Positions 14,415 to 35,100 of a DNA stretch of 64,000 nt are shown piece by piece (position 1 is the stretch's first letter; each line of letters opens with the position of its first letter). The notes beneath the pieces are model-generated. The model saw only the letters and a list, made by a program, of their open reading frames with translations. It was not told where the DNA came from and did not search any database. The position numbers and the translations under genes are program-made. The stretch comes from Macrostomum lignano (Eukaryota): assembly GCA_002269645.1 (NCBI GenBank), contig NIVC01000401.1, positions 1 to 64,000 of the forward strand, written 5' to 3'.

Positions 14415-14997
14415 TACTTCGCAGAAAATCGCATCTCTCAAAAAATTAACGTTTCAATATGCAAAGAAACTGTATTGCTTAAATCTTTAAAGACACTGAC
14501 ACTAAAACACCATTTTGACACCGAATTTTATCAACTTATTAAAATATCGATTATTGCTGTTTAAACAGTCGCAGATTTCCGCCTGAAAAGCCATTCAAAA
14601 GATTTACCCCAATATCTGCTACAATACCCAGTTGTGTATTAAGTTACCCAAAATGGCTAAGCAGTTTCATAACTCAGTTTAAACGCGATTAACAAATCCA
14701 AGGATCTATGGAAGAGGAAATTTAGATATTGACATTGCCATGCTCAGCTTTGTTGATCTGTGAGTCTCTCATTTCGGCAAATAAAGCTGAATTGCTCCGT
14801 CTAAGACTTCAGAGCAGCTGGGGGATGCGTTTAATCTGTAACTCGAAACTTCAATTGTGATATAATTCTGAATGCAATAAATGCTCTATTTGGCATATTT
14901 TGTTAATTTTTTTCAGCTGACAACACTTCAACAGAACTTTGAGACCAATGAAAGCAGAAAGGCAGGACAGAGACCAAGGCGGATGCTCGTACATGCA

Positions 14998-16157
14998 GGC
15001 ACTGAGGCACCGAGGCACTGAGGCACTGAGGCACTGAGGCACTGAGGCACTAAGCACTAAGGCACTGAGGCACTGAGGCACTGAGGCACTGAGGCACTGA
15101 GGCACTGAGGCACTGAGGCACTAAGCACTAAGGCACTGAGGCACTGAGGCACTGAGGCACTGAGGCACTGAGGCACTGAGGCACTAAGCACTAAGGCACT
15201 GAGGCACTGAGGCACTGAGGCACTGAGGCACTGAGGCACTGAGGCACTAAGCACTAAGGCACTGAGGCACTGAGGCACTGAGGCACTGAGGCACTGAAGC
15301 ACTAAGCACTAAGGCACTGAGGCACTGAGGCACTGAGGCACTGAGGCACTGAGGCACTAAGGCACTGAGGCACTGAGGCACTGAGGCACTGAGGCACTGA
15401 GGCACTGAGGCACTGAGGCACTGAGGCACAGAGGCACTAAGGCACTGAGGCACTGAGGCACTGAGGCACTGAGGCACTGAGGCACTGAGGCACTAAGCAC
15501 TAAGGCACTAAGGCACTGAGGCACTGAGGCACTGAGGCACTGAGGCACTGAGGCACTAAGCACTAAGGCACTGAGGCACTGAGGCACTGAGGCACTGAGG
15601 CACTGAAGCACTAAGCACTAAGGCACTGAGGCACTGAGGCACTGAGGCACTGAGGCACTGAGGCACTAAGGCACTGAGGCACTGAGGCACTGAGGCACTA
15701 AGCACTAAGGCACTGAGGCACTGAGGCACTGAGGCACTGAGGCACTGAGGCACTGAGGCACTAAGGCACTGAGGCACTGAGGCACAGAGGCACTAAGGCA
15801 CTGAGGCACTGAGGCACTGAGGCACTGAGGCACTGAGGCACAGAGGCACTAAGGCACTGAGGCACTGAGGCACTGAGGCACTGAGGCACTGAGGCACTAA
15901 GCACTAAGGCACTGAGGCACTGAGGCACTGAGGCACTGAGGCACTAAGGCACTGAGGCACTGAGGCACTGAGGCACTGAGGCACTAAGGCACTGAAGCAC
16001 TGAGGTACTGAGGCACTGAGGCACTGAGGCACTGAAGCACTGAAGCACTGAAGCACTGAGGCACTGAGGTACTGAGGCACTGAAGCACTGAAGCACTGAG
16101 GCACTGAGGCACTGAGGTACTGAGGCACTGAGGCACTGAGGCACTGAGGCACTAAGG
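14998..16157. repeat. 8-bp tandem repeat (GGCACTGA)n with periodic AGCACTAA variants
   Basis: Read directly. Confidence 0.97.
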
Positions 16158-16953
16158 TATCGGGTTACCATAAACGTTCTGCAGTGAGTTATCGAAAAGG
16201 ACGAATTGACGAAAATTCACAATACATACGTAACTACCCAAGCAAGTAGTAAGAAAGGCAAATCTAAGCCGCTAAAGCAGACGCAATGGAACACAGTAGA
16301 CAGCGCTCAGTAGATTTGTTGAACGCGGCAGCACTGGCGTCAGAATTCGATCAATAATTTGCGTTTGCTTGCCCCGGCAGGCAACCGAAGCGGCGGGGCT
16401 CTTTGCCAGTCTTGGAAGAAATTTCAAGATCTGTAAATCCCCCAGTAGTCGTAGCTCAAAAGCCAAGCTAAGATTACACTCTAGCCATTCCACTGAACTC
16501 ATGGCTGTCCTTCATTGCCTGACGTGCTAAGGCGGGGTCACTTAAGATATATACTTTTACCGGGCCTTTTAACAGGAACTCTGCACACACACAATATGTT
16601 CCACTAGAATTGTGATTTAGCTAGTTAGCACAGAACTAGTGCGGGGTGGTGTAGAGTAGAAGTCAAAATCGTGACCAATATCGCTTCGATTTTAAGAATG
16701 TAGGTTTCTTTTCAGAGTGACTTCTAGAAATTTTTTTATAAGCTTCATATCACGCACAGGATGAAGTTAACGAAATGTACTTTTACCTTAGTCATCAGAT
16801 ATAGGATATTTAATCAATAAAATTGCTGGTTCAAAGTTGATGGATTGTCGACGCTACTCTCCCTATCTATTTGCTCTGTCGGTCATTTTCGCACAATGTG
16901 CAACTGATGACCTTAAATATAACTGCTTGTTCCAGTTGCACTTTCGGTCCTAA

Positions 16954-18845
16954 ATCATGCTGTCTAAACATCTTTTTCATCTTGAATCATGCTACCTGAG
17001 CATCCTTTCCATCCTGAATCACTCTGCCTGAGCATCCTTTCCATCTTGAATCACTCTGCCTGAGCATCCTTTCCATCTTGAATCACTCTGCCTGAGCATC
17101 CTTTCCATCTTGAATCACTCTGCCTGAGCATCCTTTCCATCCTGAATCACTCTGCCTGAGCATCCTTTCCATCCTGAATCACTTTGCCTGAGCATCCTTT
17201 CCATCCTGAATCACTCTGCCTGAGCATCCTTTCCATCCTGAATCACTCTGCCTGAGCATCCTTTCCATCCTGAATCACTTTGCCTGAGCATCCTTTCCAT
17301 CCTGAATCACTCTGCCTGAGCATCCTTTCCATCCTGAATCACTTTGCCTGAGCATCCTTTCCATCCTGAATCACTTTGCCTGAGCATCCTTTCCATTCTG
17401 AATCACTTTGCCTGAGCATCCTTTCCATCCTGAATCACTCTGCCTGAGCATCCTTTTCATCCTGAATCACTCTGCCTGAGCATCCTTTCCATCCTGAATC
17501 ACTCTGCCTGAGCATCCTTTCCATTCTGAATCACTCTGCCTGAGCATCCTTTCCATCCTGAATCACTCTGCCTGAGCATCCTTTCCATCTTGAATCACTC
17601 TGCCTGAGCATCCTTTCCATCCTGAATCACTCTGCCTGAGCATCCTTTCCATTCTGAATCACTCTGCCTGAGCATCCTTTCCATCCTGAATCACTATGCC
17701 TGAGCATCCTTTCCATTCTGAATCACTCTGCCTGAGCATCCTTTCCATCCTGAATCACTCTGCCTGAGCATCCTTTCCATTCTGAATCACTCTGCCTGAG
17801 CATCCTTTCCATCCTGAATCACTTTGCCTGAGCATCCTTTCCATCCTGAATCACTATGCCTGAGCATCCTTTCCATCCTGAATCACTCTGCCTCAGCATC
17901 CTTTCCATCCTGAATCATTCTGCCTGAGCATCCTTACCATCTTGAATCATGCTGTCTAAATATCTTTTTCATCTTGAATCATGCTACCTGAGCATCCTTT
18001 CCATCCTGAATCACTTTGCCTCAGCATCCTTTCCATCCTGAATCATTCTGCATGAGCATCCTTACCATCCTGAATCACTTTGCCTGAGCATCCTTTCCAT
18101 CCTGAATCATTCTGCCTGAGCATCCTTACCATCCTGAATCACTTTGCCTGAGCATCCTTTCCATCCTGAATCATTCTGCCTGAGCATCCTTACCATCCTG
18201 AATCACTTTGCCTGAGCATCCTTTCCATCCTGAATCACTTTGCCTGAGCATCCTTTCCATCCTGAATCACTATGCCTGAGCATCCTTTTCATCCTGAATC
18301 ACTATGCCTGAGCATCCTTTTCATCCTGAATCACTTTGCCTGAGCATCCTTCCATCCTGAATCATTCTGCCTGAGCATCCTTTCCATCCTGAATCACTTT
18401 GCCTGAGCATCCTTTCCATCCTGAATCACTATGCCTGAGCATCCTTTCCATCCTGAATCACTCTGCCTGAGCATCCTTTCCATCCTGAATCACTTTGCCT
18501 GAGCATCCTTTCCATCCTGAATCACTCTGCCTGAGCATCCTTTCCATCCTGAATCACTATGCCTGAGCATCCTTTCCATCCTGAATCACTATGCCTGAGC
18601 ATCCTTTCCATCCTGAATCACTCTGCCTGAGCATCCTTTCCATTCTGAATCACTCTGCCTGAGCATCCTTTCCATCTTGAATCATGCTGTCTAAATATCT
18701 TTTTCATCTTGAATCATGCTACCTGAGCATCCTTTCCATCCTGAATCACTTTGCCTCAGCATCCTTTCCATTCTGAATCACTCTGCCTGAGCATCCTTTC
18801 CATCCTGAATCACTCTGCCTGAGAATCCTTTCCATCCTGAATCAG
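16954..18845. repeat. Minisatellite, 32-bp unit (CTGAGCATCCTTTCCATCCTGAATCACTCTGC)
   Basis: About 1.9 kb of tandem copies. Confidence 0.97.
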
Positions 18846-19242
18846 CCTGACCATCCATACAGGTTGTCGGTGTAGGTGTTGTTGGTGCTTTTGACAAGAT
18901 TACCCTTTGCGTCTTCAGAACCTATAATTCAACATTAGCGAGAGTCGCAAAATCGCACGCTTTCAGAGCAATGTAACAACACGATAAGTTGAGTTGACTC
19001 ACTGCCCTAAAGAGATCCTCCCCATTGGCCAATCCTTGGCTGTGAGGACAGGGCGGTCACAATAAAAAAACTGTGAGATCTCTTTCCCGCTCGGCTCTGC
19101 TTTTGCTCTACCCTGCTTTCAGCTTGTTGCAGAAACAACAGACGAGCGTTGAATCCGTATTGACGCTGCTAACTGCTTCGGGCTTGTTTTGAGTGTATCA
19201 AATATTCCTTACGCGATTAGCAATGCTGAGCAGCGAAAGCAG

Positions 19243-27031
<7,789 letters not shown>

Positions 27032-27634
27032 TATCAGCGGTGAAAAAGACAATTTAGTCTCGCACCATTGATATAGAGATTCTATTCTTTGCTTCTAATC
27101 AAATGTACTTTTAGTTTGTTTTAGACGAAAAACATTTATGGCACAGTATCTCAGCTCTATGCGATTTCGCCCAGTATTTTTTGTTTTTAAATCAAATCTG
27201 CGCGAAAAAATGCTGTGCAGTTTTGTTAATTCCTATAGAAAACCATTCGACGAAACGAGATTGAGCATGAGATTGAGAATTCAGTATGAGTTGGAATTTT
27301 TATAGTAAGTCTTTTTTAATCTAGCTAAATAATACATACTAACTAATTGATACTGAGATGGAGGAAAAATTAGTGATTGCTTTGAACAAAAATCATACAA
27401 ACGAAAGGATTTTTTTATCTATTTTTTTCTCATATTAGTGTTCTTGCAGTTATTTTCAAGTCTGCAAAATAAAAGTTCATTTGACATTGCAACAAATTCA
27501 TGATAAAATAAACTCCCTTGGTATCGAATCTTAGCTAGTACATCCTCATGTACAACCTGTATAACTGTAGTTGGTACATGTAGTCAAGGACCACAAAAAT
27601 ATTGTCAGCCAGTCAAGCATTGGGACAATATCAC

Positions 27635-28362
27635 AAGGCGCGTTTCAGGGCCTGGGCGCGAAAGTAGGCCGCACCGCCAGCAGTGTCCGGGCGCCGGGAT
27701 CAGCCAGCAGGCAGTGCCGCATTGCTGGCGACTCGTCACTCGTAGCCGATCTTGAAAGCGGCGCGCAGCAGGCCAGCGTGCGCCGCACCGACCTGCTGTA
27801 TGAGCGATTCCGTCCGTTGTACAACAGGACGGTCTCAACCACCGCCTGGAACAGGGCCTCGAACTGCAGGACAGCCCTCACGGAACGGAAGGCAGTCTGG
27901 GAAAGTCTACGGCGACGTCGCAGATCCTCGCGAACGTCAGGCACCAGACCGCCGAGGTAGACAAACTGATGACAGCGCGGAAGCCTCGTCACCTGCCCCG
28001 TCAGCGCCTTAGCAGAAAATAGCAACCTCGATGTCGTCCGGCACACAGTGCACGACGATTTTCTGCGTGTTGACCACCAGGCCGACGCTCGCCGCAACAG
28101 TTACCAGCCGGTCCAGCTGGCGCTGGGTGCCCTCGACGGTCGAGGATAGCAGGGCGAGATTGTCGGCGTAGCCAAGCATGCTGAGCCGCCTTTCTGGTTG
28201 GCGTCGATCCACGCGTCGCTGCAGCAGGAAGCCGCGTCGTTTTTAGAATGGAGAGCAGTCCGCAGCACCCAGTGAAGCACCAGGACGAACAGGAACGGCG
28301 CAAGCGTATCTCTCTGAAGCACCCCAGAGGATGTCTCAAAGAAATCCGACAGGCCGTCCTGT
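27635..28362 (-). mobile_element. Decayed non-LTR retrotransposon (LINE) reverse-transcriptase fragment
   Basis: Across frameshifts it reads SSGVLQRDTLAPFLFVLVL...LGYADNLALLS...GLVVNTQK...FVYLGGLV...FQAVVETVLLYN. These are RT motifs (GVxQGDxLxPxLF, YADD mutated to YADN). It has a stop and frameshifts and is truncated at both ends. Confidence 0.88.
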
Positions 28363-28583
28363 AGTATAACTAATTGTATTGTAAGGACAGTGGTCCTTAC
28401 AATTAAACTGCATTGTCATTGCATGTTAGTATTCATGGACACATTTTAAGATAAATCATGGGTACGATACATGTACACATATATTGTCAATAATTTCAGG
28501 ATTGAACAGGAAGCAATGAAAATCACTGTAATATACATAATTCCATGTTTTTATAACAGTTTTTGACACAACACCTTCCAGTG

Positions 28584-30178
28584 TGTAGAGAAAATACTAA
28601 CGATTGAATTATGAGATATTTAATTGGAGTTAAGCCCCACATTGGGCGCCATGTAGAGAAAATAAGACTAAAAACACTAGAACTAAATTAGATGTTAAAT
28701 TGAATACTAAGATACGCCAGTAAGTGGGCGCAGGGCCCAAACAAGTATATTTATACCAGACATTAACTTAGGGGGTTTGAATTGCAGATAATAAAGAGAG
28801 GGGTGGAGTGCGCGACTAAATAGAGAGGCGAGAATGGAGAACCAATCAGAACGCAGCAAGGGAGAGAGAGATAAGAATAACAAGATTGAGCTAGACAGAG
28901 AGAGAGAAAACGGAGTAAACAGAGACAATTGAAGGTGAACTAAGAAATGACTAGGAAAGTCGCGACACTCCCCCCAAAAAAATGGAACATTTTTTGAATT
29001 TTCGAGTACCAATAGAATTATGAATTAGAGTTCAAGAAACAACTTTAAAACAAATTTAACAATGGTGTACGAGCTACAAATACGACTAAGAATTTCAATA
29101 CAAAAACTGTGGAGACTAGAGTGAATGCAAAATTGACCAAGAAATTTCACGTGTGCGATTTTAATGAATAAATTTTTACGAGTATAACCAATGAAAAAAC
29201 TGACTGCATCTACCCTCCCCCCTAAAAAATTATTTTAATTTTTTACATTGTGAAAGAAAAAATTGAATGACGAATTAACGAGGCGATCCGGCAGGCGATG
29301 AGCGAAGAGACGATCCGGCAGGCGAGCCCTGAGGCGCCCCGGCCGAGAATTTGAACCGAGAGAGACCGAGGACACCGCAGGACGCACCCCCGGCAGACGA
29401 TGAGTGAAGAGAGTCGAGACGATCCGGCAGGCGAGCCCAGCGGCGCCCCGGCCGAGAATTTGAAACCGAGAGAGACCGAGGACACCGCAGGACGCACCCC
29501 CGGCAGACGAAGAGCGAAGAGACGATCCGGCAGGCGAGCCCTGAGGCGCCCCGGCCGAGAATTTGAACCGAGAGAGACCGAGGACACCGCAGGACGCACC
29601 CCCGGCAGACGACGAGCGAAGAGGCCGACAGACGAAGCGATGAGGCCGACAGACGAAGCGATGAGGCCGACAAACGAAGCGATGAGGCCGACAGACGGGA
29701 TGACGAGATGACTGGTGGAGGGTTACGACTATGACGATGGCATGGCCTTTGCCAGCCTTACTGAATTGACTGAATTATTTTTCATTGGGCGCCATGTAGA
29801 GAAAATACTAACGATTGAATTATGAGATATTTAATTGGAGTTAAGCCCCACATTGGGCGCCATGTAGAGAAAATAAGACTAAAAACACTAGAACTAAATT
29901 AGATGTTAAATTGAATACTAAGATACGCCAGTAAGTGGGCGCAGGGCCCAAACAAGTATATTTATACCAGACATTAACTTAGGGGGTTTGAATTGCAGAT
30001 AATAAAGAGAGGGGTGGAGTGCGCGACTAAATAGAGAGGCGAGAATGGAGAACCAATCAGAACGCAGCAAGGGAGAGAGAGATAAGAATAACAAGATTGA
30101 GCTAGACAGAGAGAGAGAAAACGGAGTAAACAGAGACAATTGAAGGTGAACTAAGAAATGACTAGGAAAGTCGCGACA
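28584..30178 (-). mobile_element. Non-autonomous LTR retroelement (TRIM/LARD-like), 1595 bp
   Basis: Direct repeats 28584-28967 and 29795-30178 are 384 bp each, have TG...CA ends and show no difference by eye. 5-bp TSD CAGTG at 28579-83 and 30179-83. On the - strand, PBS TGGCGCCCAATG (29794-29783) follows the 5' LTR and a GGGGGGAG polypurine tract (28975-28968) precedes the 3' LTR. No gag/pol is recognisable in the 827-bp interior. Confidence 0.93.
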
Positions 30179-30854
30179 CAGTGAAAAGTACAACACCAAA
30201 ATTAACACATCCGTACATACATATACACTTTTACAGTCAAGAATTACATGTAGGTGACATAGTATTTCTTACACTCTTCTTTCATTGTTGTACTTAAACA
30301 GCGTCACCAAAATACAAAAGGAGATTAGTTCGCTAAATATGCCTAAATCTAAATATGCATGTACGAATAGGTACTGTACATGTACCATGTATGACGTTTT
30401 TGTTGTACGCGTACATTAGCATACGCTCGTAGTAACTACCTAGTGCACACGTGCATGTACATGTGTAGCGCTATATTACAGCATTTATAAACGGGAACGA
30501 AAATAGATGCCTATGATTTCATATTAATTTCGTTGTTCTTGAAGGAAGACCTGAACGTTAAGAGCTTCATAAATTTAATTAAGCTTAATGGCTTTGATCA
30601 GGCTTGAGTTGGATCGAAGAAGTATCTCTTTTTCATTTCAAGTTAAGTTCTTGAATTTCTTGAATCCAAAGCTCTGAAGCGTCCCTTATATGTTACATGT
30701 TATGATTTTACATGTTCAGGACCCAGGTCTATCTACGTCCTCTCTGTACATGTACATGCATGCTACATGTAGCTACTCGATCTGTAGTTAGTGAAGTGAA
30801 GGCGAAAGCAGAGGACGTGAGGAAGATGAAGCTGGGTGCGAGCAAGCTCGAAGC

Positions 30855-31043
30855 CAGGGGCGGACCCAGAAGATTTTTGGGACGAAGATACATTTACAAC
30901 TACAGGCCGGTGCATCCCAATATAAGAATGTACATGCATATATAGTTAGAAGTGAAAAAAATATGGCCTATAATTTCTACCACGACTTGAAGGGATATGG
31001 CCCCCTTGGTGCCACCCCCACCCTAACCCTGGGTTCGCCCCTG
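30855..31043. mobile_element. hAT-type MITE (189 bp)
   Basis: TIR CAGGGGCGGACCCA / TGGGTTCGCCCCTG, with 8-bp TSD CTCGAAGC / CACGAAGC (7 of 8 match). Confidence 0.75.
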
Positions 31044-32190
31044 CACGAAGCCCCTCTCAAAGCCAGTATTATTTTTTTCACGTTTAGCTTTCTAAGATAA
31101 ATATGTGCAAGCAGACAATTTTAATCGGAAGGAAGAAAAATTCAAGTGCGCAAAAAAACCACCAAGGCCAAGACTAGCCAACTGAATACAGACCTGCCCG
31201 CCTTCACCAACACAATGTACGCAAATAACCACCTCAGTTTCTCTTCCGCAGACTTTTTAGAATTCTTATTTGTTTGTAGTCCCGATTTTTGGTTATCTAT
31301 GGGGCTTTCCACATTACCAATTCCAGAACCAGAATTAATTCGGATCTTCCAAGAAAAAAGCAAGTATAACTATTTAACTTAGCTGAATGTTTGACTGCCT
31401 TACAGCTTCACTTTGCACAATTTTTCACCTTCTTGGCTATTGCCATTCAATAATCACAACTTTTAAGCACTTATATCCCTCTAGTTTAGAAGACAAAAAG
31501 TTATACTTTACAAATGGATCTGGACCTCTGGTTCTAGAACCAGAACAAGCAATATGAAAAGGCCTTATAATTTATCCGAAGAAGTCGTAAAACGTGATTT
31601 AAGCTGATTTTAAATAGCTATTTTAGAAACAAAACAAAAAAACACGGTTCAAACAAATAACAAACAAAAAACCTTTGTATTAAATAAAGGTACTTCAATA
31701 GCGCTTATTTTAAAATATTATATTTAAATTACACTGAATTATGTACATAAATGCTTGATGCCTGTCAATTTTTAGTTCTAGCTTCTATTTTTCATTTTTC
31801 GTTCCAGTTTTTTCCAGTTATTTATTGATTGACATCGACCGAACTGGCTTGCTGCCTATAAAGTTTTCAAACTTGCAAATACTATATTATCGTTTTCGCG
31901 TGTAAAGCTTTACCAGTTTCACATTTTTTGTATTTCATATTATGTAATATAATTTTTCATTCTTGCGAGAACTTCCTAATTTTAGTAGGCATTAACCTGC
32001 ATATAAAATATTGCAGTAAGATTTAAATTATTTATAAATTTTCTGCTACATTTGGTGATTTTAATTTATTGCAATCTATAGTAGTAAAAGTGCTGTTAAA
32101 TTAGTATATATCTTTTACCAGTCCTTGAGAGACCTTCCTACTTCATATTTCACCCTGTTTGTTTAGCTACCTAGTAGTAGTATTAGGCCT

Positions 32191-35100
32191 ATGCATAACA
32201 GATCAAACACCTTTCTTTGTGGTGTTGTTGAAGGTAAGTACTACCTAAAATCTTGTCTTAATCAATGTATCATATGTTGGTATGTATGTATTTAACTAGA
32301 GTGGTCATACTCATATAATCAATATTATAATAAATAATATAAGTTATTAAAATTTATTATTTACATTTAGGCAGTTGTTTTTATTACATTGACCATGTAG
32401 CATACAAATAGCAAGATAGTTATTTTTATGGTTAACACATAAAACAAAAACCATCTAGATTCTAAATTAAGTAACAAATTTGCAATGTAAATAATAAAAG
32501 GCTATTAAGTTTGAAAATAATTAGAAACATGTTAATAATATCAATACATTCCAGGTTGAAGATGGTATGCATATACGCTGGAACTTTTCTGGCATACAAA
32601 ACAGCCACCCTAAGTCCTTGGCATATACAATTGGTGTATAAATTTTGGTGAATAAATTCATGCCATGCATGAAAATTGTAATATAAATTAACATTTTTAT
32701 GTAAAGTAACAGAAAATTTGTATCGTCAGTGATAAGATTTTTGCTTCTTTGAAATTAACAATGAATAAAATTAGTGTAAATTTTTTATAAGAGTATCAAT
32801 TTTGCATTATATTTTTTGTAGGTATAATTTAAGTTTGTTTAATTTGAAAATATTCATAATATTTTGAAAACACTTTTCATACAAAAGCCTTTCTTAGAAA
32901 ACTTTTTTTGTGAAAACCAAATTACCTTTTTTAAAAATTTTTGGCATACATTTTAGTGCAACATTTTGTTTTTGGCATACATTGGTGTACAAAGTCCTTG
33001 ATGCCCGAATTTGGTCCGACATATATGGATACATGATCTGCACACTGGAATATATTATAGTTATATTATAGTGTTTTTGTCAGTGACTTTAGCTAGGCCT
33101 AGCTTACAGCTTACTCAATATAATTGTTAACTGTTAATCTAATGGTAAGATTTTATATATCGTTTTGGAGATAAATAATTATTTTTTCATAAGTGGCAAA
33201 GCTATTTTATTTTATATATATAGTAACTATGAAAAGTTTTGCTATTTATTTAGTTACATTAAGTTAAAACCTTAAGCCCAGATGATGTCTTATGCATTTA
33301 TTATAAAAAGAACTATTTTATTATCTATACAATCATAATAACTACTATAAATTTAACTATTTACCAATCCAATTAAAAAAAAATATTTTTTTAACTAATC
33401 TTATAGTAAACTATATTTTAAATACTTGTGATACATTGTTCTTTATAATTATTTATAGTACATATAGACCAACTTGCATAAAAGTACATAAGTTATATTT
33501 AAAATTAATGGTTTTTATTCTTTTTTTATATAGATTTTGTCTATTAGCTAGTAGTTTTCAAACTTTTACTATTAGTATTCTTTGCTAGTAGTGCAAAGTT
33601 TAAAAAAATAAATCTATACCAATGGGCTAATATTGTACATAAGAATATACTAAGACAAATACAAAAAATGACAGACTATATTTTAGGCTAAAAATCTTAA
33701 TTAATCTTAGCAAAAATAAATATAAACTTGTTAGTATTCTATTGAACTAATTTCTATAAAGAAAAGAATTAGTTTATTTTAATTCTTTTTGTTTTTCATA
33801 GTTTCTTTTTTAGTTATCTATGTTTTTTTAGAGATATTCCTTTTGATCAAAATTCAGCTATTCCAACTATGCATGTGGAGGGGGGCCGTAGCCCAGCGGT
33901 AGCGCAGCTGCTCTGGTTTGCCGCGACCCAGGCTCGATTCCAAGTGCAGCCACATTAATTTGGGGCTGAATTGGAATTTCGGCTTGGCTCGCCTGTGCAA
34001 TTAACGGCCTTGAGAGCCAACCCCCCAAGGCGCAGTGAAATGTACATGCCTAACAATTGATAAAGTTAGGGCCGCTGTACACTCCTGTGTAAGTGTGTCT
34101 GCGTAACGTATCTGCGCGCTTGTATGCCTGCTCAGGGGAGTCGGCGGAATGGGCAGTAATGCCTCTTGCCGGTTGTGTGCCTATGTCGCCTAAAGTGCGC
34201 CAGGGTGCACACAACCCTCCTGCCTCTAATAAAAAAAACTATGCATGTGGAGCCTATTCTAAAACTTAAACTTGGTCATTTTTTGTATATCAAGCATAGT
34301 ACATTGGTTAGGACTTGCAATTTGGTTCTATCTGCTATTTTGGCAATCTTTATATATTAGACTATATGTTTGAGAAGGCATGTTAGACCCCTTCATATAC
34401 CAAGTTGTATGCCAATGACCAGCATACTCCAGTTCCTGTATGCTATAATTTTCTAGCATACATGTATCTAATTTTAGATAGTTTCTAGCAAGAAAATTTG
34501 TTTTTTTCTAATGTTTAAAATATATGTTGCAACAGTTTGTTTATAATGACTAATAAATGTGCATATTTAATATGAAGTTAATAAGATTGAACTCTAAAAT
34601 TTATTTTATACTTTCAAAGGTGTTTAATGATTGTTTAAAATTGTCTCTTAATTTTTATAGTACAAGTTTGAATTTGATAATTAATTTAATACACAGGAGC
34701 TTTATCATACATGCGCAACCTTGGGAATCACTCGGCCGTTTCTATTGGCAACACACACATGTAAGTCGCTATTGGCTGAGAGCAGTCACGTGACTACTAT
34801 TCCGTCCAATAGCGACTTACATGTGTGTGTTGCCTATAGAGACGGCCGGGTGAATCCCTAGGTTGCGCCCAAACATGAGCTTTATAATTAACAAATTAGT
34901 ATAGTGTATGCGTTAGAACTATTCTTTAGCTATTAAGGTAAATATGCACTGTGTATTAAAGAATAGTACTTATACTATAACATAAGGCTAAGTATGTACA
35001 TTGAGTGCAAGATATAGAATCCTTTTTTGCACTAGAAAATTCTAGTACAATAAAAGTGCCACCTTCCTGACTATAGGGAGCTAAACAAATAACTACATAT

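Noticed and set aside
28584-30178. The 384-bp direct repeat as an assembly duplication
   Set aside because: TG...CA ends, a 5-bp TSD, a PBS and a PPT are all correctly placed.
33881-33955. Functional tRNA gene
   Set aside because: No convincing acceptor or anticodon stem; it continues into a SINE body with A-tail and TSD.
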